Shown here: in pieces, positions 18,181 to 28,672 of the stretch
Layout of the letters: each line of letters opens with the position of its first letter
How positions within the stretch are numbered: the stretch's first letter is position 1
From: a virus
Lineage: Duplodnaviria; Caudoviricetes
DNA: 64,000 bases
Strand: one strand, 5' to 3'
IMG/VR virus record: IMGVR_UViG_3300027749_000080
Span: 1-64,000 of that record
The notes under the pieces: generated by a model
What the model was told of the DNA's origin: nothing
Databases searched by the model: none
The model's input: only the letters and a program-made list of their open reading frames with translations
Position numbers and translations under genes: made by a program

Positions 18181-19715
18181 TATCGACCAATAAATTTAGT
18201 AAGATCAAATCTGTGTTTGCTGACAATAAATTTCTCTTTAAGATAAATGGTTTCTCTGGCTTTTCCATGTTTTACAATATAGCCATCAAGATCATCAATT
18301 AAATCGTATACGGTAACTTCATGTTTTCCAGCAAGCTTACGCATACCTCGACCAATTGCTTGACGAATTGTAACTTCTGATTTATAGCTCTCAGCAAAAA
18401 TAATTTGGTTAACCCGCTTTAGGTCAATACCAGTTGCAAAAGTACCATAACTTGCAACAATGACTGCTCCAACTTCTCGTTCCATCGCCTCTTTATAATC
18501 AGCACGATCTCCGCCATCAACTCCACCGTCTATATAATATGCATGTTCATTCCACTCTTTTATTTTATCGCAAATTCTTTGACCGTATTGGTCCTTTACA
18601 TTAATGAATAGGATTAAGGTATTACCTCCAAGTTTTTGGACAAATGAAGAAATAAACTCAATTCTGGGTTCGTATGAAATAATAAATGCACGTTCTGCAT
18701 CAAATAAGTCCTTACCAGCTTTACCTGATTCCCTAAGTGCTTTATATTCTCTAACAAATGGCTCGGTTATTGGATAGTCTAGGTTAACCATTTTAATATA
18801 GACATTTGGCGAGTGCTCTTGATCAATTAAGAAACTTGACTTAAGAGTCATACTTAATGGACCTAAAAATTCTTGAATCTTAAAAAAATCTGAATACTGT
18901 TCTTCAATTTTAATTGTACCAGAGAGTCCAAGTTTATATTCAACATTAGTTGATGCCAACAAAATATCTTTAATTGAAGCGCCTCTTGAGGTATGGCACT
19001 CGTCTATACAAATAACTGAAAATCGTTTAAAAAATTCAGGTTCTTTATTTTTTAAACTTTGATATGTAGAAATAACCAAGTCAGCCTCTTCAAATTTCTC
19101 TTCAGAATACTTGTTTTGACCACCAACTGATAGCACTGAATAATTCATTAGGCCAGTATGGTAATCCTTTTCAAATTTCTCGGCAGTTTGGCCGACTAGT
19201 GAAATATTAGGAACTACAATTAGGGCTTTTTTATCTTTAGTGATAATTCCTTTACGTTTTAGGAAAGAGATATAAATGTATAGGATTAGGGTTTTACCAG
19301 CAGAGGTTGCAAGTTCCTGAGAACAGAATTTATATTTTAAGGCTCGATGAGCTGCTTCAAGTTGATAATCATATGCCGTAATTGATAAACCGTCTAATAG
19401 TACAGATGCAAATTTATCTAATTGGTCCTTGGTAAATGATAGGTTAAGTAGATCCTCTAAGCCTTCAATGTTTATTTCGTAATCGTATTTCTTGCCGAAA
19501 TTAATAATTTCCTTCCATAAACCAACACCAATCTTAAAATCCTTATCGATAAATTTATCATAACCATCCCATAATTTTCGTTTGTATAGCTTATTAAAAT
19601 GATAGCCTTTTTGTCTCTTCCTAAAATAAAGTTGCAGGTCCTTAAGCTCGCGCTTCATTTCGTGCTTAACTAATTGTAGGTGCTGACGGTCATCCGTTAA
19701 TTTAAAAGTTAACAA
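18180..19715 (-). CDS. uvsW: SF2 helicase UvsW
   Basis: LWDGY, YDYQ, ATSAGKT, DECH, GLSGT, ASYGTFATGI, QAIGRGMR; TTG start. Confidence 0.9.
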   Translation of the reverse strand: MLTFKLTDDRQHLQLVKHEMKRELKDLQLYFRKRQKGYHFNKLYKRKLWDGYDKFIDKDFKIGVGLWKEIINFGKKYDYEINIEGLEDLLNLSFTKDQLDKFASVLLDGLSITAYDYQLEAAHRALKYKFCSQELATSAGKTLILYIYISFLKRKGIITKDKKALIVVPNISLVGQTAEKFEKDYHTGLMNYSVLSVGGQNKYSEEKFEEADLVISTYQSLKNKEPEFFKRFSVICIDECHTSRGASIKDILLASTNVEYKLGLSGTIKIEEQYSDFFKIQEFLGPLSMTLKSSFLIDQEHSPNVYIKMVNLDYPITEPFVREYKALRESGKAGKDLFDAERAFIISYEPRIEFISSFVQKLGGNTLILFINVKDQYGQRICDKIKEWNEHAYYIDGGVDGGDRADYKEAMEREVGAVIVASYGTFATGIDLKRVNQIIFAESYKSEVTIRQAIGRGMRKLAGKHEVTVYDLIDDLDGYIVKHGKARETIYLKEKFIVSKHRFDLTKFIGR

Positions 19716-19729
19716 AGTATTTGGTAATT

Positions 19730-20173
19730 TTAATGCCCATCCAATAGTTTTTGGACATCTAGTCGTGTTTTTATTCCAAATAGAACAGCGTCAGTTGTTT
19801 TAATTGATTCTGCATAAAATGCAATTTGATTCTCAATCTGTTCTAATTTTTCTTTGATTGTTGCAGTTTTACCGTCAACTATCGTATTCTTTTCATTGGT
19901 ACCATATCGGATTTGATGATTCTTTGAAGCATCAACCCATTCTTCACCTTTCTTTTCTCGATACGTCTTTTTTAATTGAGTAAAGTGCTCAATTAGAGTG
20001 TGGTTTTCTTCTAATAATCGCTGGCGTAGACTTAGGAAGGTAACTTGAGCTTCCGGTATCTTTCGGATATTCTCAAGTAATTTGATTCCAATATAAATTT
20101 CTCCAGAAAAAGATTCTCTCTTTTCTCTGAATACTTCAGCAATTGTTCTTTTTTGGGGAGTTTGTTCTTCCAT
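19730..20173 (-). CDS. uvsY: UvsY-like recombination mediator
   Basis: 147-aa helical protein directly upstream of uvsW; C-terminal FGIKTRLDVQKLLDG resembles the UvsY end. Confidence 0.5.
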   Translation of the reverse strand: MEEQTPQKRTIAEVFREKRESFSGEIYIGIKLLENIRKIPEAQVTFLSLRQRLLEENHTLIEHFTQLKKTYREKKGEEWVDASKNHQIRYGTNEKNTIVDGKTATIKEKLEQIENQIAFYAESIKTTDAVLFGIKTRLDVQKLLDGH

Positions 20174-20205
20174 CTAAATATTCTATCAAAAAGCTTAGTT
20201 AAGTT

Positions 20206-20676
20206 TTAACTAACGAAAGAATAATATACTCCTTCTATTTGATAAAAGTCAGATAAAAAGTCAGTAATTGTGGTACTTGCGTAAATTGTATTACCAAGTG
20301 GATGGTTATCGCCATTTTTATAGAATACGGATACTCCGCCATCATACAGACACACGACTGAATCTAAATTATAGTGCTTTATTGAACCCTTTGCCATGTT
20401 CTTAAATTCATCGTCTGTCACTTCAGTACCATGATTAGTAACAAAGATACTTGGAAAACTACGTTTCATTCGGTAACCTGAACCTTCAATTGAGTGTATA
20501 ACTTGTAGAACATAACTTAATTTGCCATAGGAATCAAGGTCAGCTAAGACTTTATTGTATTGATCTGGATCGGTAAAGTTGTAAACAACGAACGGCCTCT
20601 GGTTTTGCACACAATCTCTAACCAGGTTGTACCTGTTTCCATTGTATTCTCTGGTATGTCGTATTGATCTGCTCAT
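20206..20676 (-). CDS. hypothetical late protein
   Basis: 156-aa ORF; minus-strand ATAAATAA at 20706-20713. Confidence 0.7.
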   Translation of the reverse strand: MSRSIRHTREYNGNRYNLVRDCVQNQRPFVVYNFTDPDQYNKVLADLDSYGKLSYVLQVIHSIEGSGYRMKRSFPSIFVTNHGTEVTDDEFKNMAKGSIKHYNLDSVVCLYDGGVSVFYKNGDNHPLGNTIYASTTITDFLSDFYQIEGVYYSFVS

Positions 20677-20727
20677 TATTTAGTATATTAGATAAAACTA
20701 CTAGGTTATTTATCAGTAAAATATTCC

Positions 20728-21258
20728 ATGGAAAAAGGACAACACATTAATATATTTGATTTCGATGAAACCTTATTTAGGGTTCCTGGTTATACATGTA
20801 GTGAAGCTAAAGGAAAGAGCCCATACGAATGGTTTGACTCAGCTGAATCACTTGACCAAAAGTTTAATATTTGCGGTATTGCTAATACAATTGAGCATGC
20901 TAGAGCAGATGGTTTGAATTATTTGATAACTCATAGAGTTAAAGCATGTCAACCTAAAGTTCTAGATCTACTTTCAGAGTATAAGATTAGGTTTGAAAAG
21001 ACCTATTTTTTAGGAAGAGAAGGCGATAAAGCAGAGATTGCAATTGACTTAATTAGAGAAACTGAGGCTGATTCAATTACAATATACGAAGATTCTCTTT
21101 GGGAAATTATCAAATATACTTCATGGTTCTTAGATGCAGGGCTTACCATCGATATTAATTTTATTTTTATTGATAAAAGTCGAGTAATTACAATAGATTG
21201 GGATACGGCCCGATCCCTAGAAGAATTTTCAATAACAGAAAGATTAAAATTAATATGA
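20728..21258 (+). CDS. HAD-superfamily phosphatase
   Basis: Motif I IFDFDETL, motif II LITHR, Lys, motif IV IYEDS. Confidence 0.75.
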   Translation: MEKGQHINIFDFDETLFRVPGYTCSEAKGKSPYEWFDSAESLDQKFNICGIANTIEHARADGLNYLITHRVKACQPKVLDLLSEYKIRFEKTYFLGREGDKAEIAIDLIRETEADSITIYEDSLWEIIKYTSWFLDAGLTIDINFIFIDKSRVITIDWDTARSLEEFSITERLKLI

Positions 21259-21863
21259 TATTATTTGTAGAAGGCGCCAGACACTGTGGCAAAACATTCT
21301 TAATTAACAAATTTATAGAAAACTGTAATGATCCACGGCTTGAATATTATAAATTCTATTTTGCTGATCACATTAAAACTCTAGATTTAGTAGAGTTAGA
21401 TAGTGATCCAAGTTTACACTATTTCAGTTTAGGCAACATTATGACCATTATGGAAATGAATCTTAGACCTGAATACAAAGATAAAATTTGGATATTTGAC
21501 AGAGCAATCATATCTGCTTATACTTGGGCAATCCTAAGAAAAAGAGTAAGCCGAAATAAAGCTGAGCTTGAATTTTTAAAGTTACTAAATACTACCCTAT
21601 ATTCAAATTCCAAGACACTAGTGGTTAGTGTAGCTGGCCAAACCGGCGATTCAAATCGAGTTAAAGATACTTGGGATGGAGCTCATTCAACAACAGAAGA
21701 ACAACAGTTAATGGCTCATTTACTTGAGTTAGCAGTGACTGAATTAACGGATTCAGCCAAAAATAACAAACTAAGCATTGTTTTTAATAGTTTTGATGAA
21801 GCCTCAGTCAATTCCTTTAATCAAGAGTGCTATGCATTATTAGGAATAGAGCCTAATAAATAA
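21255..21863 (+). CDS. P-loop nucleotide/dNMP kinase-like protein
   Basis: MILFVEGARHCGKT, IFDRAIIS; start placed at the ATGA overlap with the upstream stop (21255) rather than 21198. Confidence 0.7.
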   Translation: MILFVEGARHCGKTFLINKFIENCNDPRLEYYKFYFADHIKTLDLVELDSDPSLHYFSLGNIMTIMEMNLRPEYKDKIWIFDRAIISAYTWAILRKRVSRNKAELEFLKLLNTTLYSNSKTLVVSVAGQTGDSNRVKDTWDGAHSTTEEQQLMAHLLELAVTELTDSAKNNKLSIVFNSFDEASVNSFNQECYALLGIEPNK

Positions 21864-21868
21864 CCAAT

Positions 21869-23749
21869 ATGGCAGGATTATCGCACTTACGAGATGTTTA
21901 TGAAAAACGTGGAAAAGAATTTTTAGAAAATCTTCTTAATAAAACAGTTATCATTAATGAAAAAAATGATGGTGCCTATTTTGGTGCCAAACGGGATGCA
22001 AAACAAAATAACTTTAACTTCTTTAAAAAAGACAGTAAAATTGGTTACATCGACCGAGTTCTTAGTAAGTACTACGAGCCGGGTATTAGACATTTTGAAA
22101 GTATTGGGGGTAATTTAACCTCAATACCTGAAAATTATGTATTTGGAATGGACTACAATCCTTCTAAAGAGGTACCACTAACTCTAAGTCATATTAAAGT
22201 GCTTGATGAAAATTATCAAACCTCTAAACTTATTCACGATAAAACTGAATTAGATAAATGGGCTGGAGTACTTGGAGTTAACTCACCAACTATTATATTT
22301 CAAGGAAAATTAAATGATGAGCAAAAGGTAAAAATTCAAGAATTTATATTTACAAACTTGCCAATGCTTGCTGAGAAATTTAAAACTCAATCATTTAGCA
22401 AACATATCCTATCTGTATTAAATCCAGTAGTTGATGAAAATGCTCAACCTGAATTAAGTGATAGAGAAATTAGTGAAATTGTATTTAGGTTCTTTGATGA
22501 AGAGGATCCAATTGGCGATTCGTCTACTTTAGCAAAGATTATTGATCCAGTATTTTATGATAATGCAAAGAACCTACCTCAGGAAAAGGTTCAAAAGAAA
22601 AGCGATGATTATGTTTGGATCATTGTTACTGACTTAATGAATTTTATTGAAAGTTACCGCATGTCTGATCTTAGAAGTTTTACAATTTCTGGAGAAACAG
22701 CGGATGAGCGATTTATTTCATTAATTAATCACCTTTTTATTGAGTTCATTAAGGAATATGGAGATAAATTTAATGATTTAGAAATTCAAATACCCCAGTT
22801 TTTAACTAGACCTGAATTTGATATTAATCCAGAACTAATCAATGACCCAACTGTAATTGATATACTTAGTAAGAATCCAAACTACAAAGAAATTTACAGA
22901 ATATTCATTAATATTTTTAGAAAAAAGAAAATCAAAGTTAATTCAACTCTATTTACTGATGCAATGAAAACTAATTTAATTGATCAAATTGACAAACTTT
23001 CAAAAGTTGCAATGGGTGATCAATTATTTGAAAATTATTTTCCATCATTTAGTGAATTTGTTGGAGACGATAAGGTTCCTGGATATTTTGAAACATATGA
23101 TGTTGCTGAAAACGAAGAACGTAAAGTAAAAAAAGTTAATCTATTAGTATCGGATTTTCAACCAATACACAAAGGTCATCTTAAAAGTGCAAAATTGTTA
23201 ACTGAAAAAAATGGGCTACCTACTCTATTTGTATGTGTTCACCCTGGCAAATCTGGAAAAATGTTTCCATTTAAGAAAGAAACTTTAACTAATTCATTAG
23301 CTAAATTAGCAGCACATGATAAACAAAATATTGCTGGTCACGTAATGGTGAAAGACGGTAACATTGAAACTATCCTAAAAGCAATAAAACCAGGCTTTGA
23401 GCCTCTTAGCATAGCAGCTGAACCCAGTAGAATAAAAGATCTAGCACTACAATTAGAACTTGCAAAAAAAAGATCTAGAAACTTAAATATTAAACGCGAG
23501 ACTCGATTAATTGAATTACCGGTAACCACAGTTGGTGATTCAATCCTAAAGTCAATTAAAGATCGAGATTTTGCAGCATTTAAAGAAGCATCACCATCTC
23601 CAATCCATTCAGAATTCTATAACTTAAATAAAGACTTAATTGAATCACTAAATGAAAGTGTAAATGAACAAATAACTGATGCAGTTACTGAAATAGTATC
23701 AGGCGTAACCTTTGCTACGCCAGAACCAATAATTCAAATAGAATCATGA
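21869..23749 (+). CDS. fusion: ATP-dependent ligase-like nucleotidyltransferase domain plus HIGH-type (cytidylyltransferase-like) domain
   Basis: INEKNDG (KxDG motif I), PTIIFQG; C-terminal DFQPIHKGH; late promoter at 21856-21863. Confidence 0.6.
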   Translation: MAGLSHLRDVYEKRGKEFLENLLNKTVIINEKNDGAYFGAKRDAKQNNFNFFKKDSKIGYIDRVLSKYYEPGIRHFESIGGNLTSIPENYVFGMDYNPSKEVPLTLSHIKVLDENYQTSKLIHDKTELDKWAGVLGVNSPTIIFQGKLNDEQKVKIQEFIFTNLPMLAEKFKTQSFSKHILSVLNPVVDENAQPELSDREISEIVFRFFDEEDPIGDSSTLAKIIDPVFYDNAKNLPQEKVQKKSDDYVWIIVTDLMNFIESYRMSDLRSFTISGETADERFISLINHLFIEFIKEYGDKFNDLEIQIPQFLTRPEFDINPELINDPTVIDILSKNPNYKEIYRIFINIFRKKKIKVNSTLFTDAMKTNLIDQIDKLSKVAMGDQLFENYFPSFSEFVGDDKVPGYFETYDVAENEERKVKKVNLLVSDFQPIHKGHLKSAKLLTEKNGLPTLFVCVHPGKSGKMFPFKKETLTNSLAKLAAHDKQNIAGHVMVKDGNIETILKAIKPGFEPLSIAAEPSRIKDLALQLELAKKRSRNLNIKRETRLIELPVTTVGDSILKSIKDRDFAAFKEASPSPIHSEFYNLNKDLIESLNESVNEQITDAVTEIVSGVTFATPEPIIQIES

Positions 23750-23860
23750 AAAAACTACTTAATTTTTTAGCAATAATTGAATCATATAGAATTAACTGTA
23801 TGATCCATCAAGGCTGGGGTAAATTATAACCGCCTTTTTTATGTGAGGTAATTTAAAGTA

Positions 23861-25432
23861 TTAAGTTAAGGTTGTAAATTCTCCCTTAATGAAGTTAATG
23901 TGTTGAGCCTTACCATCATGATGAATGATTACATGTGATTGCAGCCATCCACTTGGACCTACATTATAGTTAACTCTTAGTTTAGTAGAGGTCCCGACAG
24001 CTAATGCGCCGTCCCTACGTCCAGGAGAATGGTAATGGCCTACAATAATTTTAGTATTTAGTTTACGGAATTGAAGTAGAGATCCACGTGAACCGTTTGA
24101 ACCAACATCTCCATGTTGAGCTAATTCCCAACCATTTACTACAAGACTATCACTTCTTCCTAGGGTTTTAAATTTAGGAAATTTTTGATTAATTAGGTAT
24201 GGAATAACTCCGTTTGGTGCAACTCCTCTTAGTAAGAGAGCACTATATTCCATATATTCCAAAGAATTCTTTAAGGTTGATGCTTTTCTCCAATCAGTAG
24301 ATTTTAACCAACGATCTAAAAAGTCATCATGATTACTTCGGACAATTGATACATTATAATCTTTAAAATCTTCAAGTCCGTTTAACATTGCATCAACCTC
24401 TTTTCTTAAAGAGTTTGAACCGTCTAATTCTCGACGGTATTGCATAAATGGATCATTTATCTCATGATGATTAATTGAGAGTCCATCAAATACATCATGT
24501 AAAATAACATTTTCAGGTTTTAATTTTTTAAATAGGTCTAGGGTTTTGGAAATTACTCGTGGATCGTGTTGGCCATAGTGTAAATCTCCTAAAACTGCAA
24601 CTGCAATTGAATTTACTTGACTAATTTCGCTAGTTTCATAGTCTTCATTATATTCAACTCTATTATAAAGGTCAGTAAAGTTTCCATCTTCAGTCGCGGT
24701 TACTTGTCTAGCAAAGAAGGTATTTACATCCTTTATTTCAATAACAACAAAACCTAGAGTATGATGAAATTCTCCCTTTTTACCTGATTTTGAGTCAGTA
24801 TAGTTAGAAACCGTACACGCTCCAGTTGTCATCATCATTTTTGGAAGATTGCCTTCCAATACTGGAATTGTTTCTAGATGTACTCTAGGCGACCCAAACA
24901 CGCATGAATTAATACCGCTCATTCCTTGTAAACCAGTCATTGGATCAACCGAAGTTGGCTGAATCTTAATATCTGACATGATCCACATGTGTTTATGGAC
25001 TTCATGACGACCTGCGTCTAGATAAGTTTCGATTCTTTCAGCCCAAGTTTCATAATTCTTATCAGAAAATACAGAAGTTGGGTTTTTATATCGACCAGCA
25101 ATTACATGAATGTCAGCATTAATGTGCTCTGCATACTTTTCAAGATTTGATACAAATTCTTCATGCGCTGGTGTATCGTTTTGAGCCCAGGTGATGATAA
25201 ATCGCTTTTTCTTTTTGTTAAACTTACGTTCTCTAGCTTTAATTAATTGCGGAGACTCTTGTATTGAACTTTCGGTTATTCCAAGTTTGGCTAACCACTT
25301 TTGTACAGTTCTTTCAGATTTATTAAGAAACTGGCTCAATTCTTTCATTCGATTATCCCAACTTATGTCCTTGTTCCAATAGAGTTCGGACAATTTTAAA
25401 ATATCTTCTGGTGTTAATTCTTCAAACTTCAT
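23861..25432 (-). CDS. calcineurin-like metallophosphoesterase with N-terminal HTH-like segment
   Basis: GDLH, HDVFDG, SNHD, HGD, GHYH motifs; LSQFLNKSERTVQKWL HTH-like. Confidence 0.8.
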   Translation of the reverse strand: MKFEELTPEDILKLSELYWNKDISWDNRMKELSQFLNKSERTVQKWLAKLGITESSIQESPQLIKARERKFNKKKKRFIITWAQNDTPAHEEFVSNLEKYAEHINADIHVIAGRYKNPTSVFSDKNYETWAERIETYLDAGRHEVHKHMWIMSDIKIQPTSVDPMTGLQGMSGINSCVFGSPRVHLETIPVLEGNLPKMMMTTGACTVSNYTDSKSGKKGEFHHTLGFVVIEIKDVNTFFARQVTATEDGNFTDLYNRVEYNEDYETSEISQVNSIAVAVLGDLHYGQHDPRVISKTLDLFKKLKPENVILHDVFDGLSINHHEINDPFMQYRRELDGSNSLRKEVDAMLNGLEDFKDYNVSIVRSNHDDFLDRWLKSTDWRKASTLKNSLEYMEYSALLLRGVAPNGVIPYLINQKFPKFKTLGRSDSLVVNGWELAQHGDVGSNGSRGSLLQFRKLNTKIIVGHYHSPGRRDGALAVGTSTKLRVNYNVGPSGWLQSHVIIHHDGKAQHINFIKGEFTTLT

Positions 25433-25531
25433 TAATACATACAGTTTTATTAATTACTTATATTTAACAATCAGATAAAGTTTTAGCCGGATCCTCTGGA
25501 AGTTGAGTTAGGTTGGCTAATAAATAACTTC

Positions 25532-25714
25532 ATGGAAAAGACGGCTAAAAATATCGATAACTACCGAAAGGGTAAAGAACCTTTAAAAAATGCGGTTATG
25601 CAACATCCAACAGGTAATGACGTATACGATTTTTTACAAAAAAATATTGAGCGTGACTTCTGGGTGACGCCTTTTTCAAAATGGCAAAACTCTCAAAAAT
25701 ATCATAAAAAGTAA
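25532..25714 (+). CDS. small hypothetical late protein
   Basis: ATAAATAA at 25520-25527; TAATG overlap with next gene. Confidence 0.6.
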   Translation: MEKTAKNIDNYRKGKEPLKNAVMQHPTGNDVYDFLQKNIERDFWVTPFSKWQNSQKYHKK

Positions 25715-26133
25715 TGTTCGGACTAGAAGATTTAACAGAACCTCAAACTGGATCAGAAAATACAATTTCGTATTTTATGTTATCTCTTATGCAGATAGCT
25801 GATCAAGCTAAAATTATACACTGGCAAACCGGGTATGATACCGAACACCGTCACTTTGGAATGTTTTACGAAACTTTCATTGAGCAAATGGATACACTAG
25901 TAGAGGCAATTGCTGGTAAATACGGTTCACAACACCTTAAATTTGGAGAAGCGGCAATTATTGTATACGATTATGAACTATCAAGACCTGAATTTTTTAA
26001 TCTGGTTCAAGAAGCTCTTCGTGGAACATTTTGCGAAATTTTTGAAAAAGACAAAGACTCTGAATTATATAATTTAGTGGATGAAATTTTAGACTTAACA
26101 AACAAAACTCAGTATTTACTGCAACAAAAGTAA
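25714..26133 (+). CDS. ferritin/Dps-like four-helix protein (DUF5856-type)
   Basis: HWQT.Y..H..F..FYE....D.LVE...GKYG and L.N..DE......K..YLL. Confidence 0.7.
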   Translation: MFGLEDLTEPQTGSENTISYFMLSLMQIADQAKIIHWQTGYDTEHRHFGMFYETFIEQMDTLVEAIAGKYGSQHLKFGEAAIIVYDYELSRPEFFNLVQEALRGTFCEIFEKDKDSELYNLVDEILDLTNKTQYLLQQK

Positions 26134-26134
26134 T

Positions 26135-27697
26135 ATGTTTCTAAACGTAAAACGATTATCAATATTTGAGAAGCTAATTCTTGAGACTGACCTGATTCAA
26201 ATAGGCTCAGGTATCAATGACCTAGTTACTAAGATTAAAGATTCTAGCAATAATAAAAATCAAGGCTCTGATAAAAAGATTGATATAACTGCTCAAATTA
26301 ATCAATTATTAGATTACCTATTTAGCCTGGGCGAAGAAGGTCTTAATGATAAGTTAAGTGAACCTGAATTTATGAAAGTATTTGGAGATCCAGAAGTAAA
26401 AAAAGCACTGGATCTATATTTTGGCTATTTAGAAACTGAATTAAAAACTTTTCGTGAAGAGTTAACGGCTGCGCTTAATGAACCTGAAATTAATGTTCAA
26501 AAAGTTGAGAAGATAAGTCAAAAAATGATGAGGTTTGCGGCTAGAATTCATGTGGTTGAAAGAATTTATGCAAAGCAATCTGAAGCCGGCCAATCAGAAT
26601 TCAGTAATGAAATTAGTGAAAAGGTCAAAAAGATTCAAGAAGAATTACTTAACATCTATTCATTAAAAGTTATGGTACCTGCTAAAAAAACTCAGGAATC
26701 ATATTCAAAATATCAAGCAGCGCAAACTGACGAAGAAAAAACTGAGGCAGCTACTGAAATTTTATCAAATATAGAAGCAGCTGATCAAATGTCAGAAGAT
26801 ATGCCAGCTGAAGTTATTTCAGGAATTGAAACTGCCAATACTGAATATAAGAATAAGATTGAGAAAGATTTAGGTAAAGAAACCCTAGCTAATATATTAT
26901 CTGGAGTTCATGTAAATAAAAATGTTGCCTCATTAATTCGTAGGATATTTCAATTTCAATATACAATGTGGACTAATGAAGACGATATTAATCGTGAAGC
27001 CAATTCGCTTAAGGTTAGTATTAATGGTTTTCCTGATGTATCAGAAGATGCTAAAGAATATTTGCGTAGACTTGTTGAAAATATCCAGGCTGACTTGCTT
27101 AAAAAGGCAAAAAGTAAAGACTTTGATACCAAGAAATATAAAGGAATTCATTATGATTTTAATAAGAAATTACCACTATATGAAAGAACTGCACTACCTG
27201 TTACTGGTAAACAAATAGCAGATGATTCTAAATTAATGAAATTCAGAAAAGCTTCACAAGATCTAATGGATCTTTTCTTTGGTGGAGGTTCTGGACCAGG
27301 AACTGAAGCAGGTAGAGCATTTGCCGCAACTGGTAAATATTTACATGCAATTTATGCAAAAAGTCTTAATGGTTTAGGTAAGGTAATTGGAAAAGCAATC
27401 GGTGGTAGAGAAGGAGAAATGAAAGCTGATGCTTATACCCGAATGTTTATATTAGATACGTCAGTTGTTGATCAACCAAAACCAAAACAAGTTAGCGAAG
27501 ACGGTGGAGTATCTGCGCCAGGAGTAGCTATTCAAACACCTGGTTCAATTGGGTCAATGGGAGCAATTACGCCTCCTACTCAAACCTCACTAGGTTCGGG
27601 AGATAATTTTGGCCCAAAAATTAATAAAAAGAAAACCAAAAAATCTTCATCCATTCTTGGATTTGCGGATTTTATAAAAGAACAAAATAATCTATAA
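26135..27697 (+). CDS. large helical late protein with tags at both ends
   Basis: LSIFEKLILE at N-terminus, ILGFADFIKEQ at C-terminus. Confidence 0.75.
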   Translation: MFLNVKRLSIFEKLILETDLIQIGSGINDLVTKIKDSSNNKNQGSDKKIDITAQINQLLDYLFSLGEEGLNDKLSEPEFMKVFGDPEVKKALDLYFGYLETELKTFREELTAALNEPEINVQKVEKISQKMMRFAARIHVVERIYAKQSEAGQSEFSNEISEKVKKIQEELLNIYSLKVMVPAKKTQESYSKYQAAQTDEEKTEAATEILSNIEAADQMSEDMPAEVISGIETANTEYKNKIEKDLGKETLANILSGVHVNKNVASLIRRIFQFQYTMWTNEDDINREANSLKVSINGFPDVSEDAKEYLRRLVENIQADLLKKAKSKDFDTKKYKGIHYDFNKKLPLYERTALPVTGKQIADDSKLMKFRKASQDLMDLFFGGGSGPGTEAGRAFAATGKYLHAIYAKSLNGLGKVIGKAIGGREGEMKADAYTRMFILDTSVVDQPKPKQVSEDGGVSAPGVAIQTPGSIGSMGAITPPTQTSLGSGDNFGPKINKKKTKKSSSILGFADFIKEQNNL

Positions 27698-27699
27698 AA

Positions 27700-28131
27700 A
27701 TGAAATTAATTAAAACATTTGAAAATTTTATGCACAGTGAACTAGACACTGAACTAGCTCATCAAGCAAATACATTAGATATTCCACAACACGCAGCAGG
27801 CATGGACCATGAGGCTAATCATGAAGTTGAGAACTATATGTTCTTTGGCAATTTAAAAACAATTCAACGATTAATCGAGATCATGTTGGACATGGATCCA
27901 ATGAAGGTTGATCAGTTATTAAAAAATGGTCATAATTGGGCAGAAGATCATGTAACATCGTCAAAGGACGATCTTGAAGAAGTTGCAGATTTCTTAATGG
28001 GAGAAATGACTAATCATGAAGTTCAAGAAGCTAGTGCAATGACCTATTCATGTAATGAATGTGGTACAATGTATGAAGCGCATGAGATTAACGAAGACCA
28101 TATGTGTTCGTGTGGTGGTAAAGTAGAATAA
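27700..28131 (+). CDS. tagged late protein with C-terminal zinc ribbon
   Basis: MKLIKTFENFMHSE; CNEC...CSCGG. Confidence 0.75.
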   Translation: MKLIKTFENFMHSELDTELAHQANTLDIPQHAAGMDHEANHEVENYMFFGNLKTIQRLIEIMLDMDPMKVDQLLKNGHNWAEDHVTSSKDDLEEVADFLMGEMTNHEVQEASAMTYSCNECGTMYEAHEINEDHMCSCGGKVE

Positions 28132-28145
28132 AATTAGGAATAATT

Positions 28146-28640
28146 ATGAAAAGCACCTTTGTTAAATCGTTTGGGTTATTTAATGAATCATTAGAAGACT
28201 CAACCTTAAATACAGCAGAATGGTATTATGGAATTGCAGACTGCCATGGATTAGAATCCTTTATTAAGGAGCCTTCATTGACTCATGCAGCAAATTTAGA
28301 TAGATTAAAGCAATTGGGAATTACTGATTTTGGGTCAGAGGCTGATCCTGCAAAAAAAGCGTATGGCGGTAATTTAGCAATGATGCAAATGAGATGCAGG
28401 TTTAATGGCCAACGCCATCCAGTGGTTTATAGAGCTAAATTATCAGAAGACGATGCTGATATGGTACAGGATCTATTGGATAGTGGTGACTATATTAATG
28501 CACTTAATGTGGTTAAAGGAAATTCAAAAGAAGTTCAATTAGCTAGAGGTGGAAATGGCTCAGCTGAAAAGGCGTGGAAGATGATTCCAAATCCAGATTT
28601 AGACCCAATGCACAATGATGATAGCTTAGGATATCATTAA
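28146..28640 (+). CDS. tagged late protein
   Basis: VKSFGLFNES; NLDRLKQLGI. Confidence 0.75.
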   Translation: MKSTFVKSFGLFNESLEDSTLNTAEWYYGIADCHGLESFIKEPSLTHAANLDRLKQLGITDFGSEADPAKKAYGGNLAMMQMRCRFNGQRHPVVYRAKLSEDDADMVQDLLDSGDYINALNVVKGNSKEVQLARGGNGSAEKAWKMIPNPDLDPMHNDDSLGYH

Positions 28641-28672
28641 AAATAAATATTAAAAAATAAAAACCAAAAACA

